DNA of 55,407 nt, the filler included, from Stramenopiles sp. TOSAG23-6 (Eukaryota), in NCBI GenBank assembly GCA_900128565.1. It is 3 parts of 3 records of this genome, joined end to end, with 100 filler letters (N's around TTAATTAATTAA, not from the genome) between each part and the next. Parts side by side here need not be neighbours in the genome. Positions count along the whole stretch, not along the records: positions 1 to 18,413 come from LT636063.1; 2 more parts are not named here. The stretch is one strand, 5' to 3'. The number at the start of each line of letters is the position of its first letter. Positions within the stretch are counted from its first letter, which is position 1. Below, in pieces: positions 1 through 12,353 of the stretch. A program made the translations under genes and the position numbers. The notes beneath the pieces were generated by a model. The model saw only the letters and a program-made list of their open reading frames with translations, was not told where the DNA came from and made no database searches.

Positions 1-61
1 CGTTAGGTACAAAATTTCGTATGAAAAATAAATTCGAAATTGAAAAAAAAATAAAACATAC
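1..61 (-). mobile_element. Introner-like intron, 5' half (contig edge)
   Basis: GTATGTTTT...CATACGAAATTTTGTACCTAACG. Confidence 0.85.
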
Positions 62-1047
62 ACTAGGAGCCATACACTCAGCTTTCTGTGTCGATTGTTT
101 ACCTGAACTATTCAATTTTTCTCCATTCTGGCATAGGCGGACTTCATAATCTCCTGGTTCTGATAGTCGAAAGGACCAGTGAGTAAGACATACTGTGAAA
201 AAATATTTTTTTGTAAAATTTTTTGTTAGGTACGAAATTTCGTACGAAAAAATAAATGTATACAAAACATTGAAAAAAAATAAAACATACGCTATGCTTT
301 ATCCATACTGAAGCTACTGCACAATTTATTGTCGATGGCTTGCTTGTCTCTGTTATATTTTGATAGACTTTTGGTTCAATTAGGATGTGTCTACTGTTGA
401 TCCACTTGGCGGCACATTGAGAGGGAATTTGTGGGACTGAGTACATGTATTGTAAAAAAAATAAATTCGAAATTAGTTAGGTACAAAATTTCGTACGAAA
501 AAAAAATAAATTTGAAATTCATCATGAAAACGTACAGCTGTGCCAATATTGACGCAGATGAAACATTATAGAAATTATTATCATCTTGTTGTGAACTATT
601 ACCCGGGATATTGAATGCTATATCTGTTTCATCCATATTTTTATGCACTTCTTGTTCAAGACGCAGTGACATTGTACCATTACGAAACACTTCTCTATTT
701 GAAATTTTCGTATGACAAGTTTTATTTCTCATTAAGGTTCCGTTAATATCGTTGCACATGGTTAATGCACCAGCTTGTTCAATGTTTTTTTTAACAGGCC
801 ATCTTGCGATAGCATCGCTATTATGACCATGCGCCACAAAGAGGCCAAGCCAAAATTGTTCATCTGGTAAATGATGATTCGGAAAATCAAATGAAGCTTT
901 AGCGACTACCTTTTCGTATTCGCACACAATTTGTCGTGATAAATCTATATCAAAGCTTTCAGTGACTACAGAGTCTAGACAACACGAAAAAACCAAAAGA
1001 AGAAATAAACAATCTAAAATATAAAATGAGGCATTTAATACTACCAT
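62..1047 (-). CDS. Secreted hypothetical protein, 3'-partial; exons 1047-536, 444-291, 187-62
   Basis: Hydrophobic N-terminus (LFLLLVFSCCL). The frame stays open across two introner-type introns and runs into a third at the contig edge. Confidence 0.6.
188..290 (-). mobile_element. Introner-like intron GT..GT (preceding exon ends GC)
   Basis: Family core; ends CACAGTAT-GT; frame stays open. Confidence 0.7.
445..535 (-). mobile_element. Introner-like intron GT..AT (exon ends CT)
   Basis: Core present; ends ACAATAC-AT; joins LAQL-YSVP. Confidence 0.8.
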
Positions 1048-1333
1048 TATTTTGATACTTTCTCCAAAAATTTACGTATACATCAGTTTAACATCTATGT
1101 GCGAAAAAAACCGTTGGTGATAAAAATGATACTACGGCAATGTGATACGATTTGTGTGACTGAACGTATCTTTCGCGATATAATTGGCGTTGAGTCGAAA
1201 AAAAAAATATGAAAAATAATGAAATAACACGATAACACGAAATAATCCTTTTTTTATTACATCCTAGTTATTTTTTTTTTGTGGATCGCAGCCATCCGAA
1301 AACAAATATGAACACTCTAGCCAGTTTGAGTTT

Positions 1334-2884
1334 TTACCCTTTTCCCTCTTTTTTTCCAAATCGAAGTTTTTTTGCTTTCTGTTTCGCTCCTATTCTCCTT
1401 TTCCTTGATGGCAACGAACTATGATACGAGTTATGTCCATTTAAAATACCAGATGGATATGGATTATGAAAAAATATTTCAAAAAAAAATCGTTAGGTAC
1501 ATAATTTCGTATGAAAAAAATTCAAAATTGAAATTAAAACATACATATATGCAATCGATACCACTCAGATTCATCTACAAAGAAATTTTCAGCCATTTTT
1601 TGCATACCTATAACCCCAATTGTAGTATAGTCTATATGTACATCAACATGTATTGTGAAAAGTATGTTTTACAGTTTGAAATTTGTTAATTTTTTTTTTT
1701 TTTTTTTTTTGTGTAAAAAAATAAACTTTCAATTAATGATTACGAACAAGGTATGGATTCTTTTTCATCGCTTTAGCCAATAACGATCCACCATCTGATC
1801 CTATAGCATTCCCATTTAGATGTAACGACCGTAAAGAAGTATTTGTTGAAATTGCTGAACAAAGGTGATGTGCTATTACAATTTTGCGAAATTTGAAATT
1901 TGTTAAGTACAAAACCTTTGCAATGTCTATGGAAAGAACTCAAAAAAACAAANAAANAAAAAAAANTGTNAGNTACAAAATTTCGTACGAAAAAAAATTG
2001 AAATTAGTGATGAGAACATACATGCATTCCTTGCTCTGTAATATTATTGCATGATAGGTCCAAAGATTTCAGTCCGCATGTAGTCACTTTGATAGCTTCA
2101 GCCAAAATTTTGACTCCACTATTTCCGATATCATTGTTATAAATACGCAGTTCTGATATATTATGAAAAAATATTTTAAATTTGAATTTTTTGTGTTTTT
2201 TGTTAGGTACAAAATTTTTTTGAAATTTTTTTTCTACTGAGATTATGGTGAAAAGGTGAAAGTCGGTGAAAGTGGTGGCGGTGCTATTGAAAACGTACAG
2301 AGGGTCTGGTTGTTTTCTAAAAGTACATTAGATAGCCTTTCCATTCCTCCTGGGCCTATGCTATTATAGGAAATATTAAGTACACCCAAGACATTATTAT
2401 GGCGTAGCATACTTGCAATGAAATCTGTTCCCGATTTACCAATTTGGTTACAATAAAGATCGAGATAAAATAAGGTTGGGTGAGGTCGCGAAAGACTCTC
2501 TGCTAAACACTTTATCCCTCTTGGGCCAAAATTGTTATGGCTTGCGCATATTTCCTTTAGAGTATTGTTCACTTTTAATACATTTGCAAGGGTTTTACCC
2601 CCTTCTGGTCCAATATGTTGGTGAGATATATCAAGCCGACTCAATACTGAGCCAAGATATGTTCTGCTGTTGTTTCTAAGAATTTTGTATTTTTCCACTA
2701 AAGGTAATTTCTGAAAAACTATGGGCTTCTTTGCCTCTTCTTTTTTGTCCTTTCCATCCTCGTCATTCTTTCCATCTTTGTCATCCTTTTCATGAGTGGT
2801 TTCTTTACCTGCTTTACCCATGGTGACAGTATTAGATTTACCTCCAATTACAGTATTTAATGCATCTATAGGAAGTGTGTTCAT
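1334..2884 (-). CDS. RI-like leucine-rich-repeat protein (NLRC3-like LRRs), 5 exons
   Basis: LxxLDLxxNxIGxxG repeats. Removing introns 2156-2298, 1868-2021, 1648-1747 and 1459-1544 restores repeat register (NQTLSELRIYNN, GMHHLCSAISTNTSLRSLHLNGNAIG). Confidence 0.85.
1459..1544 (-). mobile_element. Introner-like intron GT..AT (AT/AT duplication)
   Basis: Core present; ends CATAATCC-AT. Confidence 0.75.
1648..1747 (-). mobile_element. Degenerate introner-like intron GT..AT (exon ends TT)
   Basis: Donor GTTCGT; ends CACAATAC-AT. Confidence 0.65.
1868..2021 (-). mobile_element. Composite introner-like intron GT..AT (AT/AT) with two branch modules
   Basis: Only the distal AT restores the LRR frame. 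Confidence 0.7.
2156..2298 (-). mobile_element. Introner-like intron GT..AT (exon ends CT) with an internal insertion
   Basis: Restores NQTL-SELRIYNN. Confidence 0.8.
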
Positions 2885-3283
2885 TCTTTTGTGGACATAT
2901 TCGAAATTTTAAGCATGCGTGTAACTGTTTGTTGTACTCTTGGGCTTTTAGTCAATCATGAAAACTCCGAACAACACGAAATCCTAATTTTTTGATGCGC
3001 ATGCATTTTTGACTGGAAAATGTCGAAAATATTCAATCAAAATACGTAGTAGTAGGCCTACAAGTCAAGTGTCTATTAAACAAACAATAGAGTCTCACGA
3101 GACCTCAAAATTCTTACCATTATTATATCGTAAACTATAGTAGTGTCGCCATTTGTCTTACCAATAAATTATTTTTGTCCTTGCTAGTTTCTTAAGCAAG
3201 ACATCTTTAACTCTGTGTATTCTATATTATAATATCTAATAGTAAAGTAGCTATTGACTTAATCTTACTATTTTCTGTGCGCA

Positions 3284-6115
3284 ATGACGGATGCAGTCAA
3301 AGAGTCTCCGACAGAGGCGGTGAATGGTGATTCGGCTCTAGATGCTCGCACTAAATGTGGACGTGAACTTGAGGCAGAGGCTTCTATATTAAACTATAAG
3401 TATGATGCGGATGCATGGTCGATTTTATTCATGGAAGCTCAAAAGCTTCCGCTCAATGAAGCTGAAAGTATTTATGAGCGCTTTCTTGCTCCAGAACAAT
3501 TTCCTACTGCTGGCTTATACTGGAAGTATTACATTGAACATTGTTTGCGCGAGGAAAATTTTGAAAAAGCTAAAGCTCTACTAGAACGTAGTCTTTTGAA
3601 CTGTTTTAGTTTGGAACTTTGGAAGTTATATTTGGATTATATTAGTGCAAAAGCAGAAGTTGACATTAAAAAAGATTCTACACAAGAAAAACGCTTAAAA
3701 GTTGATGAAGAAAAACTTGCTGCGTATAAATTTGCATTGGCCAATATTGGAAGTAGTATTGATTCTCATGAAATATGGGCAGAGTACATCGCTTTTTTAA
3801 GAAGGAATGAAATTAAAAATGCAGGAGGTGACGGGGTTGGTGCGTCTTTCGGTGGATTCACGACAATGCAAGAGGTAGTCGATATTCGATCAGCTTATCA
3901 ACAGGCAGTGACTACGCCTCATAGGGATCTGGAAAAGTTATGGATAGAGTATGAATCATTTGAAAAAGCTATGCCTAACAAAAGTCTATCTCAAAAACTT
4001 ATCGAAAGTTTCACGGGAAAGTACGTTTTCAGCATACATTTCAAATTTATTGTTTTTTTTCATACGAAATTTTCATAGAAAACAGAAACAAATTTTTTTT
4101 TGTGATGACGTTTTCAGTATGAATTTCAAATGNTTTTTTTTTTTTTTTTTTAATACAAAATTTTGTACCTAACGAATGTTTTGTGTCCGAAAAAAAATAT
4201 GTTTTCACAATATATGTATGAGTCAGCAAAAGCTATTTTGAAAGAACGAAAAAAATTCTGGGATCGTCTTACCCCGAGTAAGAGTCTTCTTGCGACCCCT
4301 CCACTGCCAATGGAAACGCAATTTATAGATGTGAATGGAAATCGTAAAAACTCATCTCTAAAAAAAATGAAACAGCACAGAGCGAAACAATTGGAACAAT
4401 TTAAAATTTGGCGTGAAGTTCTTCAATTTGAATTAACAAATCCGCTTTGTTTAGAACAGGCAGAATTTCAAAAGTGTACTGTCTTATTATATGTAGGTTC
4501 TCATACTACATTTTGAATAGTTTTTTTCATACGAAATTCCGTACCTAACGATTGTTTTTTGAAATATTTTTGCATACTACATAATCAATGCCTTGCATGT
4601 TTTAGGCATTTTCCTGAAGTGTGGTATGATTATTCACAATTTGAACTTCGAGGTGGCATTCCTATTGACTCTAATTCTACATCTACAGTTGTTGGAATAG
4701 GCGGATTGTCAACACCTGAAGATTGTTCTAAAGCTGCTGTGGTTCTTGAACGTGCAACTGAGGCGTTACCAAAGTGTATAACTCTTGCCTTTGCACGCGC
4801 TGAACTTGAAGAGCAAAGGGAAGGGGGGGATATTCATAAAGTGTTTAAATCAGTCATTAGCGAACTCGAGAAAGACATTACATCTACAGAAAAAGATGTT
4901 AACCCTAACCCTAATGCAATCGATGCGAATAAAAAATCTCCTGAGAAAACCAAAAGTCCTGAAAAAACAAAACCAAATAATCTAAAAAAATACGAAGGTG
5001 ATATTGATGGAGCAGTGCTTTGTTGGATTCAATATCAACGAACTGTGAGACGTACTCAGGGCCTTGCAGCAGCACGTAAAATATTTACACGAGCACGAAA
5101 ATCTGTAAGTGGTAGTGATTATCGCATTTTTGTAAATTCTGCGCTGTTAGAACACCATGCGAATAATGAAACAAATGTAGCGATAAAGATTTTTGAGATG
5201 GGTTTAAAAAAAGGTTTTATTTCAAACCCGTTATTTGTCAAAGCCTACTTATCTTTTATTGAACCTCAAAGTGATGATAAAAATATCCGTAGTCTTTTTG
5301 AGAGATCAATCCCTCAGTTGCCTCCTGATGATCCTGCGACTGCAGTTATTTGGGCAAAATTCTTGGCATTTGAACTACGCATGGCTCGTGGTGGTGGTAC
5401 TTTAAATGCAGTGGCTAGGATATTTAAACGTTGGGCTATTGCTTATCCTGAACAAAAAGGTCTTCAAGGTTTGCTCGGTTGTGCTGTAAGAAATCATTTC
5501 TTAGGTCTTCGCCCCAGCTCCATGGATGACGTAGCATTTTTTGAAAGATCGTCACCTGCATCGGATGCTCTTGTTGGTCTTGGATTATCTTCACTCTTAG
5601 GTCTTGGTGGTGGCGACGCTTGGGGTTCTTCTTCAGGTTGGACTGTCCAAGGAGCACAGCACCGTGAAGGAGTGTTTGGTCTAAGCTCAATTGGAGCAGC
5701 TGGTATTTCATCTACTGCTACTGGACGTAGTGTTCAAGTGAACGGTAATACCAGCTCTGCCATTGATCATGGTTCTGCCGCTGCGTTGAGTAATTCTAGT
5801 GGAACTCTTGTTTTTCAACCTGGAGTTGTGCCAAAATTACCTGCAAAATTTGACTTTTTGCAACCTCTATTTGCTAAACTACCTCCACTAAGTCTCATTA
5901 TGACGCATGGATTTCTTGATGTGAATCTTTTTATACGTCATCTTCGTGAAGCTACTCTGCCGCCGAGACCCGCTGAGAGTGTAGAAATAAGTAGTAAGTC
6001 TAGTGACGATGGTACTTCTCGAAAACGAAAAAGTACGGATAATCCAGGTAAGGAAAAGGCAGCCAGTAGTAACTCGGATGTGTATCGGAGAAGAATGCGA
6101 CTAAGAACGCACTGA
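3284..6115 (+). CDS. CSTF3: Cleavage stimulation factor 77 kDa subunit (HAT-repeat, Rna14/Suf); exons 3284-4020, 4216-4492, 4583-6115
   Basis: FPTAGLYWKYYIE, ELWKLYLDY, YNQCLACFRHFPEVWYDY, AARKIFTRARK, KIFEMGLKK, NIRSLFERS, C-terminal DVYRRR. Confidence 0.9.
4021..4215 (+). mobile_element. Composite introner-like intron GT..AT (exon ends AA)
   Basis: Duplicated 5' module; joins GK-YESAK. Confidence 0.75.
4493..4582 (+). mobile_element. Introner-like intron GT..AT (AT/AT)
   Basis: Restores Y-NQCL of CstF77. Confidence 0.88.
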
Positions 6116-6339
6116 GGATTGTAAATAAAATTACTAAATCATTTGATCTGAGCCAACGCCAAGCACAGAATTAAAAAAAATAAATTACCTTAAAGATATC
6201 CACACGTGACTTTCTATTAGAACTTGTATTATGCCAAATAACTTACTATTCATTTTTATTAGAGATTTCGTCAATTCTGATGATACCAGGTACTACGGTA
6301 TGGTATACGATGTAATTTTGTTCTGTTGTGTCACAGCTC

Positions 6340-6432
6340 CCATGGCCAATCAATCCGGCGGCCGGCCAATCATTGACGTCTTCTCTCCAGGAACTGAGTT
6401 GCAACTGAGTTGCAACTGAGTTGCTGAGTTCC
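6340..6432. promoter_or_regulatory. Putative promoter: two GGCCAATCA boxes, TGACGTC, and about three copies of AACTGAGTTGC
   Basis: GC-rich patch 40-130 nt upstream of the ATG at 6474; function inferred only. Confidence 0.35.
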
Positions 6433-6473
6433 TGGCCAACTAACTTGACAGTGTGACACACATTCACTACAAA

Positions 6474-7505
6474 ATGATAATCGATGATAGAGATGATAAG
6501 ACAATTACATGCTTATGCTCAAGATGTTTCGATTCATTTCGAACTGAGTTTCAGAGGAACAATTTGAATTTTGATAAAAACACTTCTCACGGTGTTATAG
6601 AAGATTGGAGATTTGTTTTTGGACGTGGCATCAAAACTAAAGGTGGCAGAGTCGATTGCAGTAGTTTTGGTGTTACAGTATTAGTTCGTGCTTCTGCTGC
6701 ACTTTTGATGCTTTCAATTTGGTTATGGTCTACTATTTCTAGCATTAGTCATGGAAAATATGCTACTTGGTGGCTGTTTCTTACTCACTTGACCCTTACG
6801 GGACAAGTTGTTTATCATGTACTTAGTCTAATTGTAGCGTTGAAAGTTCAAAAAGTCACTTTCGTTGATGATACGCAGCGTCCAATGAAACTTCCCTTTA
6901 TTGTGAAAACTACATGGTGTCTTCAGGCTATTATTCTTCCTGCAACATTTTTTGTATTTACACTGTATTTCGGGTTTGTTTTTAAGCACAATTTAACTCT
7001 ACTAAAGTTTAGTCAACACGGCCTCAACTTCATCGTGATGGGGATAGATACATTTATATCAGGCTTCCCCTTCCTTTTAATTCATGGAATCTACTTTATA
7101 ATTTGTGCATTTTTATACCTGCTGTTGACGATTGCCGCTGCAATTGCGGGTAATGCTCCTATATATGATATCTTGGATTGGTCAAGACCATTGACGCCCG
7201 CTATTTTATGCATCTGTCTCATTTGCATAGCACTACCATTAGTAAATACCGGTTGTTGGTGGATTTGTCGTGGACGTGCTTTATATATAGACACTGGAAT
7301 GATGAGCAATGATGAAGAGATTGATCAAACTTTAATATCGAAGCCTAGCGATGTCTGTTGTTGTATTTCATCGTTTGCTCATCCTATTGATTCTAGAGAT
7401 TCTTTTCTTGTAGATGAAAAAAATTCCATGACAAGGAATGTTCAATTACATGATTCATCATCACAGTATGATGTTATTAAAATTGGGGATACACATATGG
7501 TTTAA
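6474..7505 (+). CDS. Multi-pass membrane protein, rolling stone / FAR-17a-AIG1-like
   Basis: About six hydrophobic helices; WWLFLTHLT, QHGLN..MGID, PIYDILDWSRP motifs; intronless. Confidence 0.75.
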   Translation: MIIDDRDDKTITCLCSRCFDSFRTEFQRNNLNFDKNTSHGVIEDWRFVFGRGIKTKGGRVDCSSFGVTVLVRASAALLMLSIWLWSTISSISHGKYATWWLFLTHLTLTGQVVYHVLSLIVALKVQKVTFVDDTQRPMKLPFIVKTTWCLQAIILPATFFVFTLYFGFVFKHNLTLLKFSQHGLNFIVMGIDTFISGFPFLLIHGIYFIICAFLYLLLTIAAAIAGNAPIYDILDWSRPLTPAILCICLICIALPLVNTGCWWICRGRALYIDTGMMSNDEEIDQTLISKPSDVCCCISSFAHPIDSRDSFLVDEKNSMTRNVQLHDSSSQYDVIKIGDTHMV

Positions 7506-7657
7506 TCTAAAAGTAGCTTGTATAAATATATATTGCATACGATGCAAACTACAAATATAAAATTTACAATTATTTTGTTATCTCTTTTTGATCTTGAATT
7601 AAATTTATTTGTTTTAATCAAATTTCGTACCAAACGAATTTTGAATGTTAACATAAA

Positions 7658-9454
7658 TTAATTAAGAGCTGCCGGTATGGCCAATAACTGTGGCATGAAC
7701 CCAAGTTCTTCTACTGGAATTCCATAGGCTAACATTTTCGTTTCATAATGCTCAATCATTTGGTTATGTTTTCCAATCAAATCACCTAAAGATTGTTGTA
7801 AATCTCGAACTGTCATATTCTTCATTTCGATGACGTCATCCCACTTACGACTAACTTTGGAATTTACGGCAGAATCAATATTCGCATGTGACAGAAGCTC
7901 TCCAAGTTGGGCATGTATTGTAGGAAAATATTTTTAGAAAAAAATTGTTAGGTACAAAATTTTTATAAAAAAAAAATAAATTTGAAATTGATGATGAAAA
8001 CGTACATCTTTTCGTTCCAGTTCATTTTGCATTGCTTGGAGTTTCTTTTCAATAAGTAAATTCTTAAAACCACATTTTTGTTTAATTGAATACACCGACT
8101 TTTGAAATTCCGTGTACGTATTGCGAAAAATATTGCAAAAAAAAATAGTTAGGTACAAAATTGTGTACGAAAAAAAAACTAAATTGAAATTGAAAAAAAA
8201 CCTACACAACTCGTTACGTTCTTCTTCTAAATCTTCCAATTTTTGTGATTTAACTTCAAATTCCCATTGCATATTTTTAAGTTTCCCATCAAGAGTGAGA
8301 AGAACTTCTTTAGTAGCGTCAAGATTAGCTTTATCTTTTTCGTATTCGGCAAGTATTGTAAAAAAATATTTAAAAAAAAAAATGTTAGATGTGGATTTTC
8401 ATACCAAAAAAAAATTGAAATTCAATTTTGAAACGCACCAATTCTTTTCGTAATGTTTCGACATCAGCCAATGCACATTTTAGAGGTTCGTACATTCGCT
8501 TGTTTTCTAAAGTAATTTTAGTCATCTTTTTCTGATCAATTCGCTCTTTCTTTTTGAGTTCGACAACTTCTTCTTTTAGGGTTTTGATCAAATCAAGATT
8601 GTTGTGTACTTTGGAAAAATATTTCAAAAAAAAAACACTTAAATTTGTTAGGTACAAAATTTCGTACGAAAAAAAATCGAATTTGAAAAAAAACTAAAAC
8701 ATACGTGAGTTATATCATGGTAATAGGTTTTAATATCTGAAAACGCTTTTTCGTGTTGTTTCATTATTTGAGAGCAAAATTCATTTTTACGTTCTTCTAA
8801 CCTTGTCTTTTCAACCTTTCTTTGTAATTCCATAGTTCGGCGTACAGATTTCATTTTTTTTTCATACTTGAGTTGAGTTTCTTTAGCGCGTCGCTCAAAC
8901 TCATGCCTGAGTTTCCAAATATTTTGATCATGAGTTTGTTTCAAAGATCGAAGGCAGGCCATATGTGAAAGATCCATTTCTCTATATTTTTTCTTAAACT
9001 TTCGACGATCGTCTTTAACTTGTCCTTCGTTGATTCTATTATCGTTTTCGATGAAACTCACTTGACTCTCCTGAGAATGTTTTGCGTTGGTAACTTCATT
9101 TTGATGTTCATATAAAAGATGTTTGACAGACTGTTTGTACAGTTTGATGTCTATTTGATGTTTTTCTTCCATATCTTGCAGTTCCCTTGCCTTATGTCTG
9201 CGATCATTCTTTTTGTCTTCGAGATTCTTTTTCTCAACAATCCAAAAGTAATTAAGTTGGTCTCGTTGCTGTTGAAACTGATCAAACTCCATTGTCTCAT
9301 GGTCAATACTTCGCTGAACTGCCTTTGCCCGTTTTATTAGATCCAAACGACGCTGCTCGTCGGGAGATGCCACAGCACCCTTTGGTGCTGCCCCTCCTGC
9401 AGCGGCCGCTTTCTTCTTTGCCTTTCCCTTTTTCTTTCCTTTCTTTTTACCCAT
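7658..9454 (-). CDS. GAS8: Dynein regulatory complex subunit 4 (GAS8/trypanin); exons 9454-8705, 8603-8439, 8350-8206, 8115-8006, 7912-7658
   Basis: [85 protein letters not shown]. Confidence 0.93.
7913..8005 (-). mobile_element. Introner-like intron GT..AT (AT/AT)
   Basis: Restores LERKD-AQL of GAS8. Confidence 0.9.
8116..8205 (-). mobile_element. Introner-like intron GT..GT (GT/GT)
   Basis: Restores ERNEL-Y-TEF of GAS8. Confidence 0.88.
8351..8438 (-). mobile_element. Introner-like intron GT..TT (exon ends TG)
   Basis: Restores LRKEL-AEYEKDK. Confidence 0.82.
8604..8704 (-). mobile_element. Introner-like intron GT..AC (AC/AC)
   Basis: Restores [10 protein letters not shown]. Confidence 0.9.
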
Positions 9455-9669
9455 TGTTGTTGCAAGTATACTTAGAAAGAGCAAGTATGAAAATGTGAAA
9501 CTTTCACCGTTACAAATTTATGAAACGGATTTTCATCAAAAAAAAACGAAAGAAAGTGAATTTGTGATTGTGAATTTATTTGTGATCGATCTCGAAAAAT
9601 TTGACAGTTCGAGTTCAACTTCAAGGACACTGCATAAATTTTAGATAATATTAATTCATTAGGCTTAAA

Positions 9670-11012
9670 ATGTCAGCACACCGGCTTTCTCGAATAAAAG
9701 AGGGCTTGTCTATGATAGATGGTGAAATAGATGTTTCTTCAAGTACTTGCATAGATATTTCTCCACCAAAAACAACCGTGGAGGACGAATTAGTCTCAAT
9801 TCTCCAATTACAATTAAAGGAAGCAAAATTAGAAACTTTGCTGTTGAAGAAGTCGCACGAGAAAATATCCCGCGATGTGAAAAATTTTACAGATGGTGCT
9901 GAAATTGTAGCTGCCGAACGCGAAATGCTTACAACATTAAAGGCTCAAGTAAAGGCATTATGGAAGGAAAAGACTGAAACTGCTATAAAGACGAAAGCCA
10001 TAATTGATGAGAAGCAAAAAAAGAATGAGGCAATTAGCAAGGCACTAAAGGATGTGAGTAATAAATTACAAAATTGCCATCAGGACATTACAACTATGCG
10101 TGAAAGATGCAGTGCATTTAATTCTCTGCAAGCAAGTTTTGAATCAAAATCTTCAGAGTTAAACAGAGTGACTTCTGAGCTTACAATTTGCTCATCTCAA
10201 CGCAAAGCTCTCAAGCGTTTAGCTCGCTCTCAAAGAGACGATTTGAATAGTTTAAGGTATGATGTTACTAGGTATGTTGCAGTTCAAGAAAGATATGAAT
10301 CACTGCTTATGTATGGTGAAGATGAAGCTAGTCGTGCAATTGAACTCGCCGGTTTGACAAAAGAACTTGCTTTACTTGAAAAACTACACGATAAAAAGGA
10401 GAATTTTGAGGAAAAAAAAAAACGACAAAAATGGAGAAAATATCTGCGGATCGATCCTGCGCCAAATTTTCATATGAATTCTCCAATTGTGAAAGAATTG
10501 TTAGAAAGTTGGACAACAGATAAACGCCGTCAAGGACTTTTGTATGTTATATCCAATTTTATTTCAAATTTATTTATATTATTTTTTCTGTGAAAATTTT
10601 GTACCTAACGAAATTTTTTATCTAAAAAAAAATATATATATATTTTTCAAAATACTGGCATCAGTGGTTAGTTAACGTAATGTCATTTGATGTTGATTGC
10701 AAAGAAGATCAAGATAATATAAACATGAACAATAGATATAACAACCATAATACTTTCACTCAGCAAATTAAATTTGGGACATCACCAGCAGTAAATAATA
10801 CTATTATAAATTCATCCATTCCAATCAACATTCCAATCGAATTATCTCGATTAGCTCCTGAAGTTAGCGATGGTTTTCTAGCATTAATTATACCCATGAT
10901 TAGAAATAAAATTGGAGATAGATTGATCGTTCAAGTACGAGAGAAGGAAGAAACTCGTACAGATATCAGAATATCCATAAGAGATTCTGTAATAAAAGCT
11001 ACATTAAAATAA
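9670..11012 (+). CDS. Coiled-coil protein with a small C-terminal globular domain; exons 9670-10541, 10658-11012
   Basis: Two ORFs join in frame across intron 10542-10657. Confidence 0.7.
10542..10657 (+). mobile_element. Introner-like intron GT..TG (exon ends TT)
   Basis: Core present; ends CAAAATAC-TG; joins GLL-HQWL in frame. Confidence 0.75.
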
Positions 11013-11202
11013 TAAATAAAGAAATTTTGAGAATTGTTTTTTCATACGAAATTTTGTACCTAACAATTTTTTTTTTCGGTAAAAAAATTTTGTAATAAAA
11101 ACTACATTAAAATAATAAAAAAAAACAAGTCATAGCAAATCTATGGCAAAAGTTATAACATAAACAAATGAAAAAGTGTTCATGTGAAAACAAATATCTT
11201 TT

Positions 11203-12353
11203 TTATTTTTTTTTCTTTTGTTTTAATTTATTTCTTTCCCATTTTTGTAATTTTGGCTTTTGGGGGTTTTCACCAATTTTAGAATTTATTGTGAAATGTG
11301 ATTTATACTCTTTTGGTGAGTTAGAATAAATATGTAGGCGATGAAATCCATTTTTTTTAACGACAGCACTATGCAGGCGCTCACAGCCAATTTCATTAAT
11401 TTGCTCAAAGTCGATATGTATTTTACGAAAATATTTAAAAAAAAATCTTGTTAAGGTACAAAATTTTCATACAAAAAGAAAAACAAAGTAAATTTAAATT
11501 TTTGAAATTGAACAAATATTTGTTAGGTACAAAATTTCGTATGAAAAAAAATACATGCAAATTTTCGAGCCAAGAATGCTTCTGCAAGCAGACAGATAAA
11601 GCTTTTGCACCATCGGCACCTATATGATTACCACAGAGATGCAGTTCTGTGAGTGTTGTATTTGTGGTGGCCAAAATAGTTGCTATTTTTTTTATACCTG
11701 CTGGTGAAATATGTATNGTGAAAAANTATTTTTTTTTTNCCGAAAAAAAAAATTATTAGGTACGAAATTTGGTACGAAAAAAAAATTAAAATTTTGGAAT
11801 TGAAAACTACATTATTATGGCAAAGTTCTAATATTTTTAATGAAGTATTTGTTTCCAGTGTGGCTCCAAAATCTGAAGCAGCAGCATCACCAATATTATT
11901 TCCATGTAGTAGTAAAACCTCTAGCGTATTATTTCTAGATTTTAGCACATCAGATAGTTTCAAAGATCCTTTTTCATTTAACTGGTTATATCTCAAGTCA
12001 AGCAATTTGAGGGACTTATTATGGTGTAAAGCATCACTAAAAAATGTAGCCCCTGCGGTACCAATACTACACCCATATAATCGTAATTCAGTAAGTGTTT
12101 TGTTTTCTTCTAAAGCGTTGGCTAAAGCCTTTGATCCACTTGCGCCAATTTTATTATATGACAAGTCCATGTGAACCAATGTAGTGTTTGTTTTGAGTGC
12201 TAAAAAAAGATTGGTCAAGACTTGGGCATCCAAGTATCGATGACGTAAGTCAAGCTCTGTAAGATTCGACGGAGTCGTTTTCAATTCTTCTAGAAAGTCA
12301 TTCGATGAGGGAACTATTGTTTCTGGGGATGCAAGCGCGAAGCAAGTAGTCAT
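11203..12353 (-). CDS. RI-like leucine-rich-repeat protein; exons 12353-11811, 11710-11555, 11415-11203
   Basis: NTTLxxLxLxxNxIGxxGAxxL repeats continue across two introns (LCHNN|ISPAG, LENLH|IDFEQ). Confidence 0.85.
11416..11554 (-). mobile_element. Composite introner-like intron GT..AT (AT/AT), two cores, perfect GTATTTT/AAAATAC termini
   Basis: Two TACGAAATTTTGTACC-like cores; frame restored. Confidence 0.82.
11711..11810 (-). mobile_element. Introner-like intron GT..AT (AT/AT)
   Basis: Restores LCHNN-ISPAG. Confidence 0.85.

Noticed and set aside
7615-7640. Degenerate core-like sequence AAATTTCGTACCAAACG between convergent genes; similar fragments near 17880-17925
   Set aside because: No donor or 3' block; may be remnants but cannot be delimited.
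3284-9454. Alternative genetic code or pseudogenisation to explain broken ORFs
   Set aside because: The breaks I examined coincide with introns (or with N patches); the spliced exons are stop-free under the standard code.
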